From the IMG/VR virus record IMGVR_UViG_3300043423_000015, positions 1 to 39,281 of that record: a stretch of DNA of 39,281 bases. One strand, 5' to 3'. Origin of the DNA: a virus. Lineage: Duplodnaviria > Caudoviricetes. The notes beneath the pieces were generated by a model, which searched no databases, was not told the origin of the DNA, and was given only the letters and a program-made list of their open reading frames with translations. This document shows positions 18,486 to 28,893 of the stretch, piece by piece. The stretch's first letter is position 1, and every line of letters begins with the position of its first letter. A program made the translations under genes and the position numbers.

Positions 18486-21400
18486 ATGCCGGGTTCAATT
18501 ATTGCTGCTGAATTGGGTTTGACTGGCGTTCAAGCTGCCATTACTGCTTTTGCAATCAACATGGTTGCTGCATCTGTTATCAGTAAATCATTAGGCCCAG
18601 AAGGGCCAAATACGAACGATGCAACGCAAAACCCCGGCAGTCGCGCTCAAGTCCCTCCTGCTGGCGACAACAAAGTTCCAGTCGTGTATGGCTCTGCATA
18701 TCTTGGCGGCATTGTTACAGATTTAAGCATCACATCCAACAATCAGAAACTGTTTTATGTGATGACTTTGGCGGAAGTCACCAATACAGAGACAGGCGGA
18801 ACACCTGATACATACACATTTGGCGATGTGTATTGGGGTGGCAAGAAATGTATTTTTGACGGAACAGATGAGTACAAGGTTGTTGGATTGCTGGATGAGT
18901 CAACGGGCGTAACTGACACGACTGTTGCTGGCAAGATGAACATATATTTGTTCAGTAATGGCTCGTCATCTGGTGTCAACACATCATTGTCGGCCATTGA
19001 AATTATGAACTCGTCTGGTCTTGTCTATACATGGGATTCGACCAAGTTGATGAGCAATGTTGCGTTTGCAATCATTGAGTTGACATACAACAGAGATGCG
19101 AACATCACTGGATTGCAGCAAACTCGATTCCAAATTACAAACAGCCGTTACAAGCCCGGCGACTGTTTCAGCGACTACTGGCAGTCACAACGCTACGGCG
19201 CTGGCTTGTCCTTGTCTCAGATAGATACAGCATCTCTGACTGCGTTGAACACTTATAGTGACGGTTCATTTGCTTACACAACATCTGGCGGTTCTCCAGC
19301 TACTCAATCGAGATTCAGGTTTGATGGCGTATTGGAAACCGCAAACACGATTATGACCAATATGCAGTCGATGGCTTCATGTTGCGACTGTCTGATTAAG
19401 TACAACCAAATCTCTGGTCAATGGGGTGTGATTGTTCAAAAGCCAGAATACACAGTGGTTATGGACATCAACGACTCAAATATGGTGTCTGCCATTCAAG
19501 TATCTCCTATTGACCTTGCATCCAGCTACAACATTGCAGAAGTCAAGTTCCCAGATGGGACGGCAAAAGACAGCTTTAACAGCGCAACATTTGATTTGGC
19601 TGAAATCAACCCATCGTTGCTATATCCAAATGAACCAATCAACAAGCAGACAATCAGCTTGCCATTGGTAAACAACAGTGTTCGCGCTCAATATTTGTCT
19701 AACCGATTCCTTGAATCCGCCCGTGAAGACTTGCAAATCAGGGTTGACATCAATTTCTCTGGTATTCAATTGGACGCTGGTGATGTTGTCACGATGACAA
19801 ATGCCAACTATGGTTGGGAAGCAAAGCTGTTCCGAGTGTCGCAAATTATTGAGAAGTTTAGCGATGATGGGCAAGTGACGGCTTCGTTGTCTTTGATGGA
19901 GTTCAACCCACAGGTTTATGACGATAGGGACATCACTCAGTTCACTCCCTCTCCGAATACTGGCATTGGTTCGCCTTTGGGTTTTGGAGTCCTGTATGCA
20001 CCAACAGTAACGAACATTCAGGCATCATCACCAGTTCCATCATTTGATGTTTCTGTAAGAGCGGCGAGTAACGGTATTGTCCAATATGCAGAGGTGTACT
20101 ACTCTGCTTACGCATCACCAAGCCTATCGCAGCGTTTCTTTGCTGGAACAACCGCTGTGAACCCCGGCGGAAACCCATACACTCCTGCTGCGTTGATGGG
20201 TTCCGTGACTTTGAGCAACATTCCTCAAGGCGATTGGTACTTTGCAGTCAAGTATGTTAACTCGCTTGGCTCAAGTGACTTTTCCGCCTCGTCCTCAGTC
20301 TTTCAATGGCGACCATTGACATTCCAATTTGGCAAGCGATGGTTGGCTGTTGCATACGCTGATAACGCTACTGGAACAAGCGGGTTCAGTTACGACCCTC
20401 GCGGCAAAGATTATTTCGGCATCTACAACAACGACACCGCAAACGGCGGCGCAGACCCTACGCTATACACATGGTACGAGTCTGCGGCGTTTGGAACTGC
20501 CAACTATTTACTTTACGCAAACCGTCAAAACCGCAAATTCAGTTTCGCCGTTGGTAATGCTGGCTATGTCAACCTTGGCGGCGCATTTGTCCCATCCAAT
20601 ACGTCCGTCTACGACTCAACGCAATGGTCTGCTTTGCTTGACCCTGTAAGCGGCATTCAAAGTTTTATTGACTTGGATGTTCGCACTGGTCAACTCACAA
20701 TCGCTGGAGCCACTGGCAACAACGTGAACGATGGTTTCCTTGCTGTTACCAACAACACCGACGGCTCAATGAAGGTCAACTTACATGACTTCTTGAACTT
20801 TGGTGCTGGCGTTTACTCCAAGTCATTTACTGCTGCAACTTTGACTGTTGACGTTTACGGTCGCGTGATTGGCTTTTCTGAGGCTGACAACTTCTACTAC
20901 ACAGAAGACGTATTTAGCGCAACCTCTGGTCAAACCAGTTTTAGCGTCACACATACTGTTGGATGGGTTCTTGTGTTCCGTGATGGCATTTTGCTTGACC
21001 CAACTGAATACACGGAGACTGGCACAACTGTTGTGATGAACACGGCTTGCGCGTCTGGAGAGAAAGTTGTCGTCATTTATATGCGAGGCAACAGCACAGC
21101 AGAATACTATGAGCCTCTAAACATTACCATTGATACAAGTGGCTCAAATACAGTCACCTATTCAGAATTGCCTTGGAACCAAGTTCAGGCTGGCGACCAA
21201 ATTGCATTTGCAAATACAGGCTCCCCAACCCTTTACACAGTTTCCACAGTCAACCAAGCAACCAAAGTTATCACATTCACAACAACAATTTCTGGCGCTA
21301 CCGCTGGATTGCCGCTGTATCGTTATCGTGCCGCTGGTTCAGACTACGCCCCGTTCACCCGTTACGACCAAGATGTAGTTGGAATCACAAGTTTCTTGCC

Positions 21401-21794
21401 GACTGAGTATGAAATCAGGAACGGTTTTGAGTTCTTGTTTGTGAACGGTGTTCAAATTAGCGAGATTGACTATGACATCAACCCATCAACCAACGAACTT
21501 GGTGGCTTCCCATCGCCATTGACGGGTCGATTGAGCGTGATTCAGTTCACTCCAAACAACTTGGCTGTTCCAGCAAGCAATATTGCCAACACGCCAGCTT
21601 ACTCTGTGAGCGGTCAAGCAACATACCCATTCAACAGCAACCCGCTGTCAATGGAAGTCTATGCAAATGGCTGTTTGCTTGCAAAAACTTACGACTACAA
21701 CGCTTACGCCGCAAGTTGGGTATTGACTACGCCTTTCGGCAATAATGACACCTTGCTTAATCAGCAAACTTTTGCGAGAATGGGCGCTGCCTAA
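18486..21794 (+). CDS. Central tail tip / host-specificity protein (gpJ-like)
   Basis: VPVVYG, RYGAGL, RFRFDGV, LDAGDVVT; 1102 aa. Confidence 0.85.
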   Translation: MPGSIIAAELGLTGVQAAITAFAINMVAASVISKSLGPEGPNTNDATQNPGSRAQVPPAGDNKVPVVYGSAYLGGIVTDLSITSNNQKLFYVMTLAEVTNTETGGTPDTYTFGDVYWGGKKCIFDGTDEYKVVGLLDESTGVTDTTVAGKMNIYLFSNGSSSGVNTSLSAIEIMNSSGLVYTWDSTKLMSNVAFAIIELTYNRDANITGLQQTRFQITNSRYKPGDCFSDYWQSQRYGAGLSLSQIDTASLTALNTYSDGSFAYTTSGGSPATQSRFRFDGVLETANTIMTNMQSMASCCDCLIKYNQISGQWGVIVQKPEYTVVMDINDSNMVSAIQVSPIDLASSYNIAEVKFPDGTAKDSFNSATFDLAEINPSLLYPNEPINKQTISLPLVNNSVRAQYLSNRFLESAREDLQIRVDINFSGIQLDAGDVVTMTNANYGWEAKLFRVSQIIEKFSDDGQVTASLSLMEFNPQVYDDRDITQFTPSPNTGIGSPLGFGVLYAPTVTNIQASSPVPSFDVSVRAASNGIVQYAEVYYSAYASPSLSQRFFAGTTAVNPGGNPYTPAALMGSVTLSNIPQGDWYFAVKYVNSLGSSDFSASSSVFQWRPLTFQFGKRWLAVAYADNATGTSGFSYDPRGKDYFGIYNNDTANGGADPTLYTWYESAAFGTANYLLYANRQNRKFSFAVGNAGYVNLGGAFVPSNTSVYDSTQWSALLDPVSGIQSFIDLDVRTGQLTIAGATGNNVNDGFLAVTNNTDGSMKVNLHDFLNFGAGVYSKSFTAATLTVDVYGRVIGFSEADNFYYTEDVFSATSGQTSFSVTHTVGWVLVFRDGILLDPTEYTETGTTVVMNTACASGEKVVVIYMRGNSTAEYYEPLNITIDTSGSNTVTYSELPWNQVQAGDQIAFANTGSPTLYTVSTVNQATKVITFTTTISGATAGLPLYRYRAAGSDYAPFTRYDQDVVGITSFLPTEYEIRNGFEFLFVNGVQISEIDYDINPSTNELGGFPSPLTGRLSVIQFTPNNLAVPASNIANTPAYSVSGQATYPFNSNPLSMEVYANGCLLAKTYDYNAYAASWVLTTPFGNNDTLLNQQTFARMGAA

Positions 21795-21803
21795 AGGAAA
21801 ACT

Positions 21804-22280
21804 ATGACTCAGGCTTTTAACCTTTCACAACTAGCAAACAACCTCAATTCATCTGGTCAACTAGACGCGACAGATGGATTGACAAACGCTGTTCCTGTTG
21901 CCAATGGAGGCACAGGCGCAAGCACTGCTTCCGCCGCTCAAATAAACCTTGATGTTCCCGCCACAGATGGTACAGGAGCAACTGGCGAATGGCCTATTGA
22001 TATTTCTGGAAATGCGGCAACTGCAACTGCTGCAACCGCTTTTTCAACAACAAATTGGACTATTGAGCAATCTGGTCTTAACCTTGTCTTCAAGTACAAC
22101 GGCGTTGCTGTTGGTTCTATTTCAAGTGTTGGTGTTCTTGGCGGCGCTGGCGTATCTACGACAGGCTCAATTTCTGCTGGAACATCAATTTCTTCTGGCA
22201 CAACAATTTCTGCTGGCTCAAGTATTTCGGCCACAACCAGCATAACGGCTGGAACAACTGTTACAGCAAACGGAACATAA
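21804..22280 (+). CDS. Short tail fibre-like protein
   Basis: VPVANGGTGAST motif; 6-aa ISAGTS-like repeats. Confidence 0.65.
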   Translation: MTQAFNLSQLANNLNSSGQLDATDGLTNAVPVANGGTGASTASAAQINLDVPATDGTGATGEWPIDISGNAATATAATAFSTTNWTIEQSGLNLVFKYNGVAVGSISSVGVLGGAGVSTTGSISAGTSISSGTTISAGSSISATTSITAGTTVTANGT

Positions 22281-22290
22281 GGAGTAAATC

Positions 22291-22602
22291 ATGGCAACAC
22301 TTACATCATCTGGCGTTAACTTTTCTGACGGGACAACTATTAACGGGACAGCGTTTACTTCAATTGGCGCTGTTTATGCAGGCCACCCTGCAAGCAACGT
22401 AGGAACTCTAACCCCCGGAGGCACACTTGCGGGTTCAAATTTACGGTCGCTTCAATATATGTGGGATTCGTGTATTGGTTATTATGTAAGTAACCCTAAC
22501 TACAATTCATCTTTATCTGGCACTTGGACTAACAAAGGCGCTGTTATTAACGCCAATGGAGGTTTCGCAGTAATTGCTATTGTGTGGGTCAGAACTGCGT
22601 AA
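22291..22602 (+). CDS. Small fibre-tip-like protein
   Basis: GVNFSDGTT, SLSGTW, WVRTA end; AAGGAG RBS. Confidence 0.6.
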   Translation: MATLTSSGVNFSDGTTINGTAFTSIGAVYAGHPASNVGTLTPGGTLAGSNLRSLQYMWDSCIGYYVSNPNYNSSLSGTWTNKGAVINANGGFAVIAIVWVRTA

Positions 22603-22613
22603 AAGGAAAAACA

Positions 22614-22859
22614 ATGATTACATATACAAACGTGAAAAACCCAAAATGGGCAAATTCAGAGATGACTTTCCTTGATTGCGAGGTAGAGTTCCCGCATCTT
22701 GGTGGTTTTATTCCATTTACTGCCGTTGCCCAAGGCGATATGGAGCATACACATCAAATTTTTGCTGAGTGCGTAAACGGCAAATACGGTGAAATTGCTT
22801 CATATATTGCGATTGATGAGCAGCCTCAACCCGAAGTTGGCGGAACTGAAACGCTGTGA
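22614..22859 (+). CDS. Tail fibre assembly chaperone-like protein
   Basis: NPKWANSE...DCEVEF...IPFTA...GKYGEIA. Confidence 0.65.
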   Translation: MITYTNVKNPKWANSEMTFLDCEVEFPHLGGFIPFTAVAQGDMEHTHQIFAECVNGKYGEIASYIAIDEQPQPEVGGTETL

Positions 22860-23134
22860 ACACAGTAACCCCTCGCTTTGTTGTTAATCAAGATGGTACG
22901 CAACTAAATGTATACCACGCCAACAAAGGCGATGGGTTGCCTAAGCACGAACACAGTTACTCGCATTTAACGATATGTCATGCTGGTTCAATTGCTATCC
23001 GCAAAGAAGGCAAAGAAGTGGTGCGAACCAAGGAAAGTCAACCTGTCAATCTTGTGGCAAACGAGTGGCATGAGATTGAAGCATTGGAAGATGGAACTGT
23101 GTTTGTGAATGTATTTGCCGAAGGTAAATATTGA
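22856..23134 (+). CDS. Cupin-fold protein
   Basis: LPKHEHSYSH and WHEIEALEDGTVF motifs. Confidence 0.85.
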   Translation: MNTVTPRFVVNQDGTQLNVYHANKGDGLPKHEHSYSHLTICHAGSIAIRKEGKEVVRTKESQPVNLVANEWHEIEALEDGTVFVNVFAEGKY

Positions 23135-23225
23135 GCCATTGATTTCTTTGACACGATAAAATAAAACATCCGTAGCCCCGTGAGTACATGGGGAGCGTCA
23201 CAACCTGAGTTCAGGGAAATGTCAA

Positions 23226-23708
23226 ATGGCACTCTTTTCGCAAAACACCCTTACGCAAGTAAGCGGTTTCGACAACCCCATCATTGCTGGTGAATTGGTG
23301 TGGGAACAAAAAACATACTGGAACCTTACATTAAGGTCTGGTTCTACTCCAGTTAATTTAACTGGCGTTGACATTGATGCACAAATTGTTCGTCGCACAG
23401 TCACAAACCTTACGGACACTCGCAACGGATTGACTTTTGATGTTGGCAATTACAGCCCAACGCCAACACCCGTTTCTCTTTCTATTGCAAACAGAAATGA
23501 TGCCGCTGGCTCTTTCACGTTGCTGATTGACGATTCATCTTGGGATTTGATTTCAAGCGACCCTGAGTTGGACATCAATGCTCAAGACCCCGTGTGCTTC
23601 ACAGGGCGTATCAAGATGGGCTTTCCCGCATCCTCTCCAACTCCCGCAGAAGACAACATCATTTTCTTGATGTTCTTGGTTCGTTCTGACGGCGTTGTGG
23701 TTGTTTAA
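23226..23708 (+). CDS. Virion structural protein (fibre adaptor, BppU N-terminus-like)
   Basis: PVNLTGVDIDAQIVRR; position before the long fibre. Confidence 0.55.
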   Translation: MALFSQNTLTQVSGFDNPIIAGELVWEQKTYWNLTLRSGSTPVNLTGVDIDAQIVRRTVTNLTDTRNGLTFDVGNYSPTPTPVSLSIANRNDAAGSFTLLIDDSSWDLISSDPELDINAQDPVCFTGRIKMGFPASSPTPAEDNIIFLMFLVRSDGVVVV

Positions 23709-23718
23709 GGGGTAAGAC

Positions 23719-26154
23719 ATGGCAAACATTTCAGTCACAGTTGAAGATGCAAACAACATCATCCTTGAACTCATCCCTGTTCCAACTCAAACCATCACGA
23801 TTGACCGTGGCGTTGCTGGCGTTGGCATTGAATCCATCACTGTTGTAACGATTGACGGCGACCAATATCTTCAAATTGAATTTACAAATGGCACAACATC
23901 TGATGTTGGCCCAATCAGCGCGACAAGTTACACGGGCGTAACTCCAATCGTTGTAAACAACACAACCAACCAGATTTCATTGGACACAGTGCCAGTGGCC
24001 TCTGGTGGCACAGGCGCAACAACAGCGTCTGGCGCACGAACCAATCTTGGACTTGGCTCGATTGCAACTCAGAACACCAACAGCGTAACCATTACAGGCG
24101 GCTCCATCACTGGCATTACCGACTTGGCTATTGCTGACGGCGGCACAGGCGCATCCACAGCCTCAGACGCACGAACCAACCTTGGCCTTGGTTCTGCTGC
24201 CGTATTGACCGCAGGAGCAGCTTTAGGCGCGGCAACGCTTGACGCTGGTGGCACTGTTCCTCTGTCTCAAATTCCAGCCTCTATTCAGGGCGGCTTGATT
24301 TATCAAGGCACTTGGAATGCCTCAGCCAACACTCCAACTTTGACTTCTAGTGTCGGCACAAAGGGTCATTACTATGTCGTGAGCGTTGCTGGCTCAACCA
24401 ACTTGAATGGCATTACCGATTGGAATATTGGTGACTTGGCTGTTTTCAATGGCTCAGTTTGGGAGCAGATTGACAACACGGATGCTGTCACTTCGGTTAA
24501 TGGCTATACAGGCACAGTCGTTTTGACTGCCGCTGATGTTGGGGCATTGGCAAGCGTCACATCTTCTGATGGAAGCATCACAGTTAGCCAAGTTGGTACT
24601 GCTGTTGATTTGGCTGTATCTGCCGCCTCGCCTGCTTCTACTTTGCTTTTGCAAGTTAGAAACAACTCTGGCGCAACAATGACAAAAGGCACTGTCGTTT
24701 ATGTAAACGGCGCTGTTGGTCAATTGCCAACCATTGCCAAGGCTTTGGCGACCTCTGATGCCACTTCTGCTCAAACACAGGGCTTGGTCACTGCCGACAT
24801 TTCAAACAACTCAAATGGTTATGTGACCATTGTTGGCTTGGTGACTGGTTTAGACACCTCTGCTTATTCGGATGGAGAGCAACTTTACTTGAGCGGCACA
24901 ACTGCTGGCGCAATGACTGGCACAAAACAATATGCGCCAATTCATTTGGTTTATGTTGGTGTGGTCACTCATGCTCATCCGACACAAGGAAAGATTCAAG
25001 TCAAAGTTCAAAACGGATATGAGCTGGACGAGATTCACAATGTCAGCGCACAGACACCAAGCAACGGACAAACCATTGTTTACAACAGCGCAACAAGCCT
25101 TTGGGAAAACAACACCGTTTCTTTGACCGCTGGCGTAAACGGAACATTGCCTGTGGCTAATGGCGGCACTGGCGTTACGACCTCAACTGGCTCTGGAAGC
25201 GTAGTTCTTGCCACAAGCCCAACCTTTGTTACGCCTTTGCTTGGAACTCCAACAAGCGGCACATTGACAAACTGCACAGGCTACACCTACGCAAACCTAT
25301 CTGGCTCTATTCCAACTTGGAACCAAAACACAACTGGCTCTGCTGGCTCTGTTGCCAACGCATTGACAATTGGCACTGGTTTGAGCGGAACCTCATACAA
25401 CGGCTCGTCTGCTGTAACCATTGCCTTGGCTAACACTGCGGTAACTGCTGGCTCGTATACAGCGGCAAGCATTACTGTTGACGCACAAGGTCGAATCACT
25501 GCTGCGTCAAACGGCTCAAGCGGCGGCGTAACTAGCGTTACTGGCACTGCGCCTGTTGTTTCTAGCGGCGGCACGACTCCAGCAATCAGTATGGCTGCGG
25601 CAACCACTAGCGTTGATGGTTACTTGACTGCGGCCAATTGGAATACCTTTAACGGCAAACAAGCCGCATTGGTAAGTGGCACAAACATCAAAACAGTGAA
25701 CGGCACGACATTGTTGGGTTCTGGTGATTTGACCGTTTCTGCATCTGCTGCTGGTTCAAACACTCAAGTTCAATACAACAGTTCTGGTGCATTTGCTGGT
25801 TCTGCTAACTTGACTTTCAACGGCACAAACTTGACTTGCGGCGGCACAGTTACCGCCAACTCTGATGAGTCTCTAAAAACCAATTGGCGCGGTTACTCTG
25901 ATGATTTTGTGGAGCAACTTGCAAAAATCAAGCATGGAACGTATGACCGTATTGATGTCGAACTGACTCAAGATGGTGTTTCTGCTCAGTCATTGCAGAA
26001 ATTGCTTCCAAACTCTGTTCTGCAAAACGAAGATGGAATCCTGTCTGTTGCTTATGGCAACGCCGCATTGGTTTCTGTCATCAAACTTGCAGGGCGCCTC
26101 TTGGCCGCAGAGTCTCGCATTGAACAACTTGAACAACTTTTGAAAGCAAAATGA
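23719..26154 (+). CDS. Long tail fibre with C-terminal intramolecular chaperone (peptidase S74-like)
   Basis: G/T/S/A-rich GGTG repeats; SDESLKTN...GVSAQSLQKLLP...SVAYGN plus terminal coiled coil. Confidence 0.88.
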   Translation: MANISVTVEDANNIILELIPVPTQTITIDRGVAGVGIESITVVTIDGDQYLQIEFTNGTTSDVGPISATSYTGVTPIVVNNTTNQISLDTVPVASGGTGATTASGARTNLGLGSIATQNTNSVTITGGSITGITDLAIADGGTGASTASDARTNLGLGSAAVLTAGAALGAATLDAGGTVPLSQIPASIQGGLIYQGTWNASANTPTLTSSVGTKGHYYVVSVAGSTNLNGITDWNIGDLAVFNGSVWEQIDNTDAVTSVNGYTGTVVLTAADVGALASVTSSDGSITVSQVGTAVDLAVSAASPASTLLLQVRNNSGATMTKGTVVYVNGAVGQLPTIAKALATSDATSAQTQGLVTADISNNSNGYVTIVGLVTGLDTSAYSDGEQLYLSGTTAGAMTGTKQYAPIHLVYVGVVTHAHPTQGKIQVKVQNGYELDEIHNVSAQTPSNGQTIVYNSATSLWENNTVSLTAGVNGTLPVANGGTGVTTSTGSGSVVLATSPTFVTPLLGTPTSGTLTNCTGYTYANLSGSIPTWNQNTTGSAGSVANALTIGTGLSGTSYNGSSAVTIALANTAVTAGSYTAASITVDAQGRITAASNGSSGGVTSVTGTAPVVSSGGTTPAISMAAATTSVDGYLTAANWNTFNGKQAALVSGTNIKTVNGTTLLGSGDLTVSASAAGSNTQVQYNSSGAFAGSANLTFNGTNLTCGGTVTANSDESLKTNWRGYSDDFVEQLAKIKHGTYDRIDVELTQDGVSAQSLQKLLPNSVLQNEDGILSVAYGNAALVSVIKLAGRLLAAESRIEQLEQLLKAK

Positions 26155-26336
26155 TGGCGACGATTGATGCAACTGATGCACGACTATCCACGCATGAGGA
26201 GGTGTGTGCAATGCGCTACGAGCAAATCAACGCTCGACTCAAGCGCCTTGAATCCATCATCATTAAGGCGTTTGGCATTCTCACAATAAGCATGGCTGGC
26301 GTTATTTGGGCCTCCATCGCTCCTCATGTAAAGTGA
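26151..26336 (+). CDS. Small coiled-coil protein with C-terminal TM (lysis region)
   Basis: HEEVCAMRYEQINARLKRLE followed by a hydrophobic tail. Confidence 0.7.
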   Translation: MMATIDATDARLSTHEEVCAMRYEQINARLKRLESIIIKAFGILTISMAGVIWASIAPHVK

Positions 26337-26337
26337 A

Positions 26338-27057
26338 GTGCTTGACCCAATCACAATTGGGTTAGCCATCAAAGCAATGCAGGGTGCTTTCAGTGGCATC
26401 CAGTATTGCTGCGAAGCCTTGTCGGACGGCAAGGTTCAAGTTCAGAAAATCAAGAAAGCCGCAGAGGATGCCCAAGCCATCGTAAAAGAGGTTAAGGGCA
26501 TTTGGGCGCTGATTAGCGGAGTCTTCAAGCCAAAGCAGGCTCCGCAACCAACCTTGCAGAGTCCAGAGACTCCTCAACAGAAGCCAAAGCCCAAGGAAGT
26601 GTTTGTCAAACACATCCCAACCGAGGTTGAGATTGTTGAGCAGTTCATAAAGCACGTTGGCGACTTCTATCATCATCATCGTGAGCTGTCGGAGCTGTAC
26701 GAAACAAAGTCAGAGGAAGTCTATGCAATGGATAGACCAGACCCAAGAGACATCCTTTTGCTATCTCAAATCAGGCATGAGCTTGATGGGGCATACATGA
26801 AGCTCAGTGGCATGATGCGCGGCGCTCATGTACCTCCGCAATTAGGCCCGTTGTGGGACAATTTCCACAAAATATACGAGAACGCAAAAGACAAACAGGC
26901 CGCTAGACGGGAACGCGAACGTATCAGGAAACAGCAAGAGTCATGGCTACGCGAGGAGGAATATCTGCAAAGGGTAGAACTAACAGCGGCAGTGTTCCTA
27001 ACCTTGCTATTCGTTCTGGAGCTGTGGGCCGTATGGATAAACTCATTTACAGACTGA
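26338..27057 (+). CDS. Hypothetical protein with C-terminal TM
   Basis: LDPITIGLA start, coiled coil, TM tail. Confidence 0.75.
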   Translation: MLDPITIGLAIKAMQGAFSGIQYCCEALSDGKVQVQKIKKAAEDAQAIVKEVKGIWALISGVFKPKQAPQPTLQSPETPQQKPKPKEVFVKHIPTEVEIVEQFIKHVGDFYHHHRELSELYETKSEEVYAMDRPDPRDILLLSQIRHELDGAYMKLSGMMRGAHVPPQLGPLWDNFHKIYENAKDKQAARRERERIRKQQESWLREEEYLQRVELTAAVFLTLLFVLELWAVWINSFTD

Positions 27058-27227
27058 TTGTTGCATTGGCTTGCCTGATATTGGCAATCGTCCTCATCAT
27101 CACTCCAATTGTCACCAGAATGTTCATTGACATGGATAGGCGTGAAAAGCGAATAATCGAAGCCGAAAAACGAATACAGAAAAAGATAGAACAGCTTGAA
27201 CAACCTGAACTACCGAAAGGCGAATGA
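27033..27227 (+). CDS. N-terminal TM plus coiled-coil peptide
   Basis: MDKLIYRLIVALACLILAIVLII... Confidence 0.6.
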   Translation: MDKLIYRLIVALACLILAIVLIITPIVTRMFIDMDRREKRIIEAEKRIQKKIEQLEQPELPKGE

Positions 27228-27730
27228 TGCTATCTTTATTTTCTACCCTTGGCGGCTTATTGCTGTCCATGCTTCCAAAACTGATTGACCTATTTCAAAG
27301 CAAAGCAGACCAAAAGCACGAAGCTGAGTTGGCTCGTATTCAAACAGAGCGTGAGCTTGCTCTAGCTGCCGCTGGATTTGCCGCTCAAGCCAAAGTTGAA
27401 GAACTACGAACAGACCAAGTTTCCATCCAAGCTGACGCTGCTATGACTCAGGCTGCTTATTTGCATGAGGCAAAGGTGCTGGAAAAGGCTGCGCCGTGGG
27501 TTTCTACCTTTGTTGGTACTGTGCGTCCCATCGTCACCTATTTGTTCGTTCTAGAGCTTGTTTTCATCAATGCTGGTCTTGGCTATTATGTGTGGACACA
27601 TCCAGATATGATTAAGAGCGTGGAAGACTTGGTGAAAGTCGGCAATGAAATTTTCAGCGAAGATGAAATGGCTATGCTTGGCGGCATCATCGGTTATTGG
27701 TTCGGCTCTCGCGGTAACAGCAAGAAATGA
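27224..27730 (+). CDS. Putative holin (3TM type)
   Basis: VRPIVTY and GYWFGSR motifs; directly before the endolysin. Confidence 0.7.
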   Translation: MMLSLFSTLGGLLLSMLPKLIDLFQSKADQKHEAELARIQTERELALAAAGFAAQAKVEELRTDQVSIQADAAMTQAAYLHEAKVLEKAAPWVSTFVGTVRPIVTYLFVLELVFINAGLGYYVWTHPDMIKSVEDLVKVGNEIFSEDEMAMLGGIIGYWFGSRGNSKK

Positions 27731-28248
27731 TTACCAGCAACGAAGGCATTGAGCTGATGCACAAGTTTGAGGGCTATCGTGACAAGCCCTACCAGTGCAG
27801 CGCCGCCATGTGGACGATTGGGTGGGGTCATGTAATTTATCAAGACCAAATCAAATACCCAATCGTTCGCAAGGAAGGCTACACAGGGATGCTTAGACCC
27901 GAGTACCCTTTAAAACCAGAAGACAACAGAGTGTGGAGCAAAGATGAACTCAAAGAGATATTCAGAAAGGACATCCGAAGTTTTGAATCTGGTGTTCTTA
28001 GACTTGCTCCCAATTTGGTTGGTCGTCAAGGTGCTTTCGACGCTTGCGTTGCGTTTTCCTTCAATGTCGGATTGGGGAATTTTCAGCGGTCTACTATTCG
28101 GATGAAGATTGGTAGAGAGGAATGGGATGCCGCCGCCGAAGCGTTTATGAGTTGGACGAAGGCTGGCGGGAAAGAGCTGCGTGGCCTTGTGCTTCGTCGC
28201 ACTGCTGAACGCAAGCTCTTTGAGACTTCTATCGAGAAAGATAGCTGA
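27727..28248 (+). CDS. Endolysin, GH24 lysozyme
   Basis: FEGYRDKPYQCSAAMWTIGWGH (E-x8-C-x5-T), FSFNVG, GLVLRRTAE. Confidence 0.95.
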   Translation: MITSNEGIELMHKFEGYRDKPYQCSAAMWTIGWGHVIYQDQIKYPIVRKEGYTGMLRPEYPLKPEDNRVWSKDELKEIFRKDIRSFESGVLRLAPNLVGRQGAFDACVAFSFNVGLGNFQRSTIRMKIGREEWDAAAEAFMSWTKAGGKELRGLVLRRTAERKLFETSIEKDS

Positions 28249-28507
28249 CGGCAATCAAGAATGCTGTTACCGCAATGATGGCAACAGCAAAAATGAATGC
28301 AACTAGGTTAATGATGTTTTCCAATGTTGTGTTCCTTTGCTTCGCCTAGTGTTTCAAAATATTCATCGCAAACCTTGCATCGCCATAAGACTTGTCTTGT
28401 GAACTTTGCAAGGTTTTCTTGCTTACCCTGATAGCTTGTTAAAACCCTTGAGTCGCCCCGTAGAGACATCACGCTCTCTAAGTTGGACGGCAATCTTGCA
28501 TTTGTTT

Positions 28508-28699
28508 TCATTTGTCTTTGGTAATAGCTTCGGCTTTTTTATTTTCTTCTGCTCCTGTTTTGGCCAAGGCGCATTGGGCGCTAGTACTGTCTTGATTTGT
28601 GTCATGTTTTTTACCAAAGATTGCTTCAAATTGTTTTGCGAATGTGTCGTGGCCGACACTGAATGGGCGCGGTGCGCTGCCTTTACCGCCGTCACTCAT
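28508..28699 (-). CDS. Hypothetical protein (SDGGKGSAPRP)
   Basis: Overlapping stop/start with the upstream gene. Confidence 0.55.
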   Translation of the reverse strand: MSDGGKGSAPRPFSVGHDTFAKQFEAIFGKKHDTNQDSTSAQCALAKTGAEENKKAEAITKDK

Positions 28700-28893
28700 T
28701 TTTTCACTCCTTTTGGCATTCCTGCTTTTGAGTAAACATGGAACTCAGTGTTTTCCAATGATGGCTGCTTAGAACGAGAAAGAGAGCCAAACTTTTGCCC
28801 ATTTGCTTTTTGTCCCGCCTCCTTGCGAATGTTTGACATGAACTCTGGCATATAGGTTTCAACGTAGGCTGGATGGAATGCGTTGATACTCAT
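28696..28893 (-). CDS. Hypothetical protein
   Basis: Start MSINAF with GGAG RBS. Confidence 0.65.
   Translation of the reverse strand: MSINAFHPAYVETYMPEFMSNIRKEAGQKANGQKFGSLSRSKQPSLENTEFHVYSKAGMPKGVKK

Noticed and set aside
18486-26154. Diversity-generating retroelement or invertible fibre cassette
   Set aside because: No reverse transcriptase or invertase gene, and no template/variable repeat pair seen; repeats are protein-level GGTG motifs
4403-28248. Many short antisense and alternate-frame ORFs in the structural region; alternative genetic code
   Set aside because: They are shadows of long codon-biased genes, and standard-code genes tile the genome without interruption
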